Below are positions 48,701-50,066 of a stretch of DNA of 50,066 nt, one piece after another. Below the pieces are notes generated by a model. It was not told the origin of the DNA, searched no databases, and saw only the letters and a program-made list of their open reading frames with translations. Source of the stretch: an uncultured Bifidobacterium sp. (GTDB lineage: Bacteria > Bacteroidota > Bacteroidia > Chitinophagales > Chitinophagaceae); assembly GCA_964519155.1 (NCBI GenBank), contig CAZFKA010000001.1:7759-57824 (forward strand), written 5' to 3'. The translations under genes and the position numbers were made by a program. How positions within the stretch are numbered: the first letter of the stretch is position 1; each line of letters begins with the position of its first letter.

Positions 48701-49271
48701 ACGTGTAACTATTGTTGGTAATAATGCTGTTACAAAATTTTATATCAAAAATGAGCGTAAACAAATTGTTGCAGGTTATGGCTACGTCACCATAGTTATT
48801 ACAGGGCAAACCGTCGTTAGCACCAATGACCCCACAACAGGTATTGGCAGCGGTATTATCGAAATAAAAGCCGGGCCCTCCATTAAACCCTGAGCCGGAA
48901 GGACACATGCCCACACAGCCCGGATTATAAGTAATAAAACCGGCCGGAATAGAAATGGCATTGACCACAAAACCCGCATTCGCAGGTAAAAACAACCCAT
49001 GCAACCATTCGGCATTGGGAACCTGATTCCAGCGGACATTGGTCATTGTGACCCGAACCGTGGAGGAATCGCAACCATTATTGCAGGTAAAAACGCCACC
49101 GTTGACCACAGCACCACCGTTGAGGTTGATCAGTTCGGCTGTAATGCTTGGGGTAGCGCCGCCACAGCTCGCAAAACGTCCGGTGGTTGTAATTCCGGAA
49201 ACGTTGATGAATTGCGAAAAGACTTTGTTGGCTGCAAAAAGGAAGAATAGAAAAGGTAAAAATTTTTTCAT
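36702..49271 (-). CDS. Giant (4189-aa) SprB-repeat cell-surface adhesin with type B T9SS (gliding-motility-associated) C-terminal domain
   Basis: A signal peptide (FLPFLFFLFAANKVFSQ) precedes a ~295-aa Cys-rich head. About 48 units (hand count) of ~77-79 aa follow, each of the form C.G..DG.I.....GG.G...Y.L.PG...N.TG.F..L..G.Y.V...D.NGC. The final 96 aa are CCEEVFIPNAFSPNGDGNNDVF... Confidence 0.9.
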   Translation of the reverse strand: MKKFLPFLFFLFAANKVFSQFINVSGITTTGRFASCGGATPSITAELINLNGGAVVNGGVFTCNNGCDSSTVRVTMTNVRWNQVPNAEWLHGLFLPANAGFVVNAISIPAGFITYNPGCVGMCPSGSGFNGGPGFYFDNTAANTCCGVIGANDGLPCNNYGDVAITCNNLFTLIFDIKFCNSIITNNSYTFILHGSSDGETGCWNFNDLLAHNVQFTIATNPCAPTPINPTAAAPVRTCVGGNVNYTATLTGSCNNSVSWWDDPVAGNLVGTGSPFIYDPVGPACPAGTTLYATCCTGNIAGCIARIPVTIPGTCDMITITNVNVTDATCLNAGSINSTTVINAVGVVNYNLNPGNYNNVTGIFTGLNQTQYTLTATDATGCTTSTIVNIIQPPPIVFSNPVITGTTCALPNSGQVVISASGGTGPLVLTINPNAVQAPPGTFTGLSAQPYTITATDSLNCTSTLVINITNSPPVTWVSVTHTNALCNGSNDGSITAQAGGGLAPFSYTLMPGGANNNTGNFTGLSPNTYTVTAVDINGCSNTTVVVITEPSVLNWSSVSNVNVLCANASTGSITAVATGGTPAYTFNLMPGNVNNANGIFNGLPVGTYTVTATDNNGCSISTVVTITQPPAITYISTTATAAICNGANNGSITVVANGGNGALNYTLNPGNINNLTGIFPNLAAGTYTVTTIDANGCTLTTAITVTQPIPITFPSVVTGSPTCNGLSNGSLSVVAAGGVGVITYTLTPPGINNNTGNFSGLAAGTYTVQAVDANGCSASTVVVIAPPPAITFPSVTTTPVVCNGQASGTMTIVAGGGAGGFTYLLQPGGLLNNTGIFTGLVAGTYTVTGIDANNCSNTTVVNITQPTMLNWNNVTAVNVTCNGANNGSIAATATGGVGAITYTLMPGGQTNLTGNFNNLSGNVYTLTATDANGCSISTIINIIDPGVLQITNVVITPPNCVPGNNGIVDVTVAGGTAPFNYNLGAGNQPGNIFANVGQGNYTVTVTDANNCTATSVVNVITPNSPQFTNVIVQNVNCFGGGNGSIIAQTAGGNGQINYTLQPGNVVNQNGVFPNLPAGSYTITAVDINNCSTQTIVTITAPVMIIIDSIIHQDILCNNGMLGSINAYASGGVGQLTYTLQPGNITNQTGYFPNLQVGNYIVTVTDANGCFVTANVNIIILPIMQWDSVSYATIFCAGGNSGYIYATVTGGVAPITYNLQPGNVNNLTGYFPNLPAGIYNVTATDVNGCTTTVTINLSQPSPMAITNVANTLISCVPGNDATITVTATGGVQPYVYKLNGIIQPTNVFSGLGAGIYTITVTDINGCTTMVFDTLYLPVPPILNLVNATQVTCNGDTDGSISVSASGGVGALNYTLQPGNVNNATGIFNNLAGGVYTVTVTDILNCTASLAITVVNPAPVVITNVAIAQPLCYGDTNGSFTISATGGTGNFTCFLNPGGLSNMTGVFSNLGIGTYTITVADVNNCSSSTVVTMTQPTPLIWTNTAFTSPSCNGLIDGSITVSASGGVGAMSYLLLPNGTNNNTGVFNNINAGTYTVKATDANGCTITTAITVTQPPVLTVVNIATTPPSCIPGNDGSVTITVSGGTPNYTYNIGGGNQVSNVFSGLAGGSYTITVTDANNCTLTNVVSLTNPGAPVVSNVTPVNATCNGSNDGSITIVTTGGTPPMTFTLSPGGAVNNTGIFIGLAANTYTINVSDANGCTTVATATISAPNSMIFTSLASTPVSCFGGSDGGITAVVSGGTGTITYVLQPGNVTNITGVFSNLIAGVYTITATDINGCSTVSTTTVIDPPQLQWATVVVGNVSCNNGNDGNIAVTTNGGTGTITYTLLPGNVVNISGTFSNLASGNYTVQAVDANGCSISTLVTITQTTPIVIAGINSTIPTCVPGNDATVTINASGGLLPYNYNIGGANQLSNIFTNVGAGNYTVTITDANGCSASSAFVVAYPSAPSISYVAVTNALCFGNSDGQITITATGGVGALSYTLMPNNITNLTGIFNNLVAGVYTVNVTDASNCSVSTVVTLTQPNVLAIGNVVINNILCFGAADGDVTVSTIGGTGMVNFTLQPNNVTNQTGFFNNLAAGNYTVNAVDANGCTVSTTFTITVPPALVMGVPLVANVLCYNGNDGNVSVTATGGTGTITYTLQPVGLTNQTGFFNSLAIGTYTIVATDANGCSTTVSFTITQPPPTQLVNYTTITPSCIPGNDGSITVNVSGGLPPYTYSINGGLPQVSNTFNNLAAGTYTILVADVNDCKVILVVTLANSQAPVFTSVVSTPENCFGAADGDISVVATGGNGVISYTLLPNNITNLTGLFPNLIAGTYTVNAVDANGCSVSTIVVVTSPPALTLVSMVTSNITCNGGVNGTITATVTGGQGAINYNLQPGNINNLTGIFNGLAANVYTMTATDANGCTLTTSVTLTQPTQVVWSSVTAVDVTCNGGNNGAITVLATGGLAPMDYNIMPGNITNQTGVFNNLTAGVYTIIAADVVGCSITTTVTINQPTPVQITNVTNTTPSCVPGNDGTLTITASGGTPTYTYSIGGPAQPGNVFNNIGIGNFTITVTDANGCTTSSVYIVTAPNAPTYTNAANTPVSCNGGTNGSITVTATGGAGGINYTLLPNNITNLTGIFNNLAAGIYTVNAVDASNCSVTTTIQITEPPAMVWTTLTHTNVTCNGGSNATITALVTGGMGIIDYVLQPVNMTNQTGIFINLSANTYTLIATDANGCTLSTVINVTQPTQVVWNSAVATDVSCNGGSDGIVTVLATGGLSPMDYNIMPGNITNQTGIFNNLTAGVYTIIAADVVGCSITTTVTVNQPTPVQITNVTNTTPSCVPGNDGSITITAAGGTPAYQYNIGGANQLSNLFNNIGTGNYTITVTDANNCTVTSVYVVTAPNAPSFTNAVSTPVTCNGGNDGTINVTAVGGAGGINYTLLPNNITNGSGVFNNLTAGIYTINAVDAANCSVSTTVQVNEPTALSWVSVASTDVSCNGGNDGSITASATGGVGVISYNLQAGNQNNLTGLFNNLIAAVYTLTATDANGCTLTSIITINEPTQLVWNAATSTNISCNGGNDGSINITASGGTGIINYLLQPNNIGNQTGSFTTLIAGTYTITATDANGCSITTTMTLTEPTPLVISNVTNTTPTCVPGNDGTITITASGGTPGYQYSIGGANQVGNVFNNIGTGNYTITVTDANGCTVTSVYNVLAPNVPLITNIATTTASCIPGCDATASITASSGLPPYTYSIDGINFQAAPLFSALCTGIYTATVKDANGCTSSSIFNIVTSSGPVITSTTFVDILCNGGNNGNITVVTTGGTGTINYTLQPNNITNLTGVFPNLVAGIYTVFVIDANGCGVNTIVTISEPPALIFTNIVANGALCNGAQNGTIDVTTTGGTGAITYTINPLANFVPPATFNNLVGNTTYTIVATDANGCSISTAVFVFQPPALVIDSAFYTDISCNNFNDGTINLYASGGTGILNYTLMPGNITNQSGAFTGLAPNGYTVTITDANNCTLSTSFNIIQPPPITLVSISATNVSCNNAQDATITVACTGGSGVLNYNLQPTNTNNITGLFTNLGGGTYTITVTDANNCSYTTTIAVVNPAIITFGTFIVTNISCFGNNDGSINAVAVGGTGTLTYVLQPGNVINNNGQFTGLTPGTYTVSVSDANLCSASSVATITEPAPLLMNLVSTQNVICHGGNTGAILVNASGGTTPYTFVLNPTGVSNNNGDFQNVTAGTYTVVLTDANGCTNQVQNIVITEPPAIVFTALSHVDVICYGDSTGSITVQATGGTGGIVYSISPALGTQFPLGFFAHLPATVYTVTATDAANCTITSLVDVKQNDKIVITEVTWREPICYGDANGMINFTAIGGVNPLTYHLDNNVGQANGYFNNIIGGYHLLTITDVMGCRRDSLFLLPQPEPVHAGSLTIKTESCTGAKDAQIHVVGAGGRGGYTYYIRPGLHVNKSGLFYGFEEGTYTLTIKDTSLCEWDSIITVMPPSNPVNLYITKKDLGCYGTGVEGWAQAVVSGGTSPYTYLWNTEPPQVTDKIEGLVFGRYIVEVLDANGCKIVDTVTIDPGPCCEEVFIPNAFSPNGDGNNDVFRMTTATGVELIQFDVFDRWGVRVWGTNNFRSGWNGKYQNTAKDADVNTYFYIMRYICMTDGKTYTKKGDISLIR
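36705..36992 (-). other. Type B T9SS sorting domain (gliding motility-associated C-terminal domain)
   Basis: The last 96 aa are CCEEVFIPNAFSPNGDGNNDVFRM...WNGKY.....D...YFY. The CC codons at 36987-36992 were verified by reverse complement. Confidence 0.8.
39792..46391 (-). repeat. Seven-interval array of a 942-nt (314-codon) four-unit super-repeat inside the adhesin gene
   Basis: Cys codons of the C[VI]PGN[DN] subtype unit lie at 46389-91, 45447-49, 44505-07, 43563-65, 42621-23, 41676-78, 40734-36 and 39792-94. The spacings are 942, 942, 942, 942, 945, 942 and 942 nt. Confidence 0.85.
48327..49211 (-). other. Cys-rich N-terminal head region of the adhesin (aa ~21-315)
   Basis: It has no SprB periodicity and about 19 Cys by hand count, including CC pairs (NTCCGV, ATCCTG). 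Its second half resembles an Ig-like 'W.D...G..VGTG..F' module. Confidence 0.5.
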
Positions 49272-49280
49272 TCAAAAAAA

Positions 49281-49712
49281 TTATTTTGTTAGTGCGTTGA
49301 GTTCGGTTAAAATATCCCTGACCACGTCTACCGGAAAAATTGATGCATCATAATTTTCGATAATAAAATGGCAGGTATTGATCCGGTTGAGTATTGGCAA
49401 TTGATCGTTTGTCGCGGTTTGCAACAACACCTTATATTTTTGATACACCCTTTGTTCAATATGATTGGCTTCGCAATAGGCCATGGCTTTTTGTTCGATC
49501 ACTAAAGGAACCTGAAACTGCCGACTGAGGTCAATCCACTGGTGAATGAGGGCAGCCTTATCTCCTGCTGTTAGGTTGGCAAACCTTTCCGGTTGTATAA
49601 TAGCCTTGCCTTCTTTTGGCTGTGCAAGCAAGGTCACACAGGGCAGCAAAAGTAAACTAATAGAAAACAGGACATTTCGCCAAACTGCCTTTGAGTAAAA
49701 AGTAAAATTCAT
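49281..49712 (-). CDS. Hypothetical small secreted/periplasmic protein, first gene of the adhesin operon
   Basis: 143 aa with a signal peptide (LFSISLLLLPCVTLLAQ). Its stop lies 9 nt upstream of the adhesin ATG. No family recognised. Confidence 0.55.
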   Translation of the reverse strand: MNFTFYSKAVWRNVLFSISLLLLPCVTLLAQPKEGKAIIQPERFANLTAGDKAALIHQWIDLSRQFQVPLVIEQKAMAYCEANHIEQRVYQKYKVLLQTATNDQLPILNRINTCHFIIENYDASIFPVDVVRDILTELNALTK

Positions 49713-49787
49713 ATTGAAAATTTTATAAACAAAAAAACAGAATTGCGATGCAAGTCTATTTTAAAGAGTTAAATATAGTATAATCCT

Positions 49788-49795
49788 CAAAAATA
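49788..49795 (-). promoter_or_regulatory. -7 box candidate (TATTTTTG) for the adhesin operon
   Basis: Exact TAnnTTTG match on the minus strand, 76 nt upstream of ATG 49712. There is no TTTG at the expected -33 position, which is occupied by the direct repeat below. Confidence 0.3.
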
Positions 49796-49804
49796 ATACC
49801 ATAT

Positions 49805-49824
49805 ATATGTCATAAATATGTCAT
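49805..49824. promoter_or_regulatory. Perfect 9-nt direct repeat, 11-nt period (ATATGTCAT aa ATATGTCAT); candidate regulator binding site
   Basis: Read directly at 49805-49813 and 49816-49824. On the minus strand it is ATGACATAT tt ATGACATAT, ending 9 nt upstream of the -7 box. Confidence 0.4.
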
Positions 49825-49898
49825 TTAAGCCCTAAAGTGCGTCCACTCCATTTGAAACTACAAAAGCTAAGGGTTTATTAGTATTTTTACCCCAACCT

Positions 49899-50066
49899 AT
49901 GAACCCATCCCTCCTGCCCTATCATATTCGGCCGGGCTCCGAAAAATTTCGTCTCTGGATATTTGCTTTTTACGGTTACGGACAACACGCAGCGGTGTAT
50001 GATGAACTGGCCGATCTCTGTAGTCCGCGGTATGGATTTGTGGTTTTCGATTTACCCAAAACGGCG
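49899..50066 (+). CDS. Hypothetical protein, N-terminal 56 aa only (possibly alpha/beta-fold hydrolase); runs off the right edge
   Basis: Hand translation from ATG 49899 gives MNPSLLPYHIRPGSEKFRLWIFAFYGYGQHAAVYDELADLCSPRYGFVVFDLPKTA, open to the window end. The hydrolase guess rests only on the F.GYG..A..Y pattern. Confidence 0.35.
   Translation, partial: MNPSLLPYHIRPGSEKFRLWIFAFYGYGQHAAVYDELADLCSPRYGFVVFDLPKTA

Noticed and set aside
36702-49271. A regular ~231-237-nt periodicity that could superficially suggest a repeat array such as CRISPR or a satellite.
   Set aside because: The period is far longer than CRISPR repeat-spacer units. There are no short invariant repeats, and the whole region is one uninterrupted reading frame.
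37010-49353. Dozens of plus-strand ORFs of 60-182 aa (for example 42654-43172 and 47148-47696) antisense to the giant adhesin gene, plus minus-strand out-of-frame ORFs.
   Set aside because: They are shadow ORFs. The adhesin is rich in ACN, GGN, AAY and GTN codons, so the opposite strand and alternative frames are stop-poor. Their products are low-complexity (Cys/Arg/Gly/Ile-rich) and repeat with the same ~234-nt period. The 4189-aa frame, with its signal peptide and CTD, explains the region.
49713-49898. Invertible-promoter, diversity-generating-retroelement or recombinase-based phase variation of the adhesin.
   Set aside because: I found no flanking inverted repeats in the promoter region. 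The window has no invertase or tyrosine recombinase, no reverse transcriptase and no template-repeat-like duplicate of an adhesin segment outside the gene.

Overview
This is a chromosomal window from a Bacteroidota-type genome. The evidence is type A and type B T9SS C-terminal sorting domains, TAnnTTTG-like -7 boxes, A-rich Shine-Dalgarno-poor leaders, and gene content. I cannot assign a genus. Every functional call rests on motifs read by eye in the supplied translations or in my own hand translations, not on database searches.

Positions 1-27.6 kb are a dense housekeeping and envelope mosaic. On the minus strand it opens with the start of the dcw cluster (mraZ-rsmH-ftsL-ftsI'). It continues with a POT peptide transporter, psd, ybeY, a mannose-1-P guanylyltransferase, arfB, dtd and a small MazG. 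Next come a PQQ-like propeller, a DCC-family thiol oxidoreductase fused to a membrane domain, and a B12-binding radical SAM enzyme convergent with a MeaB-type GTPase. The remainder is an O-antigen-ligase-like protein, a GH92 mannosidase, a LolA-like protein, methyltransferases, DAHP synthase/chorismate mutase, ChrA and an arginase-fold enzyme.

Positions 27.6-49.7 kb form one co-directional minus-strand block, and this is the unusual part. In transcription order it holds a 143-aa secreted protein, then a 4189-aa SprB-repeat adhesin with a type B T9SS CTD, then a terminator. After that come a 178-aa type A CTD protein and a 978-aa signal-peptide-bearing tail-fibre-like protein ending in a phage-type S74 intramolecular-chaperone domain, then a hairpin. 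The block ends with a propeller/Y_Y_Y LytS-type kinase, a LytTR regulator and a GT4.

The strongest observation read directly from the sequence is inside the giant gene. A distinct 'CVPGNDG' repeat subtype recurs eight times at spacings of 942, 942, 942, 942, 945, 942 and 942 nt. This defines a length-locked 4-unit (314-aa) super-repeat. Neighbouring copies are almost identical in protein but carry many synonymous differences.

Other points are a three-box MraZ-operator-like array at 10-nt phasing upstream of mraZ, a perfect 9-nt direct repeat over the -33 position of the adhesin operon promoter, and a 13-nt 3' overlap between the radical SAM and MeaB genes.

I saw no rRNA, tRNA, CRISPR, transposase, integrase, or recognisable defence or toxin genes. 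I cannot claim a demonstrably new system. The regulated surface-fibre block is the best candidate.
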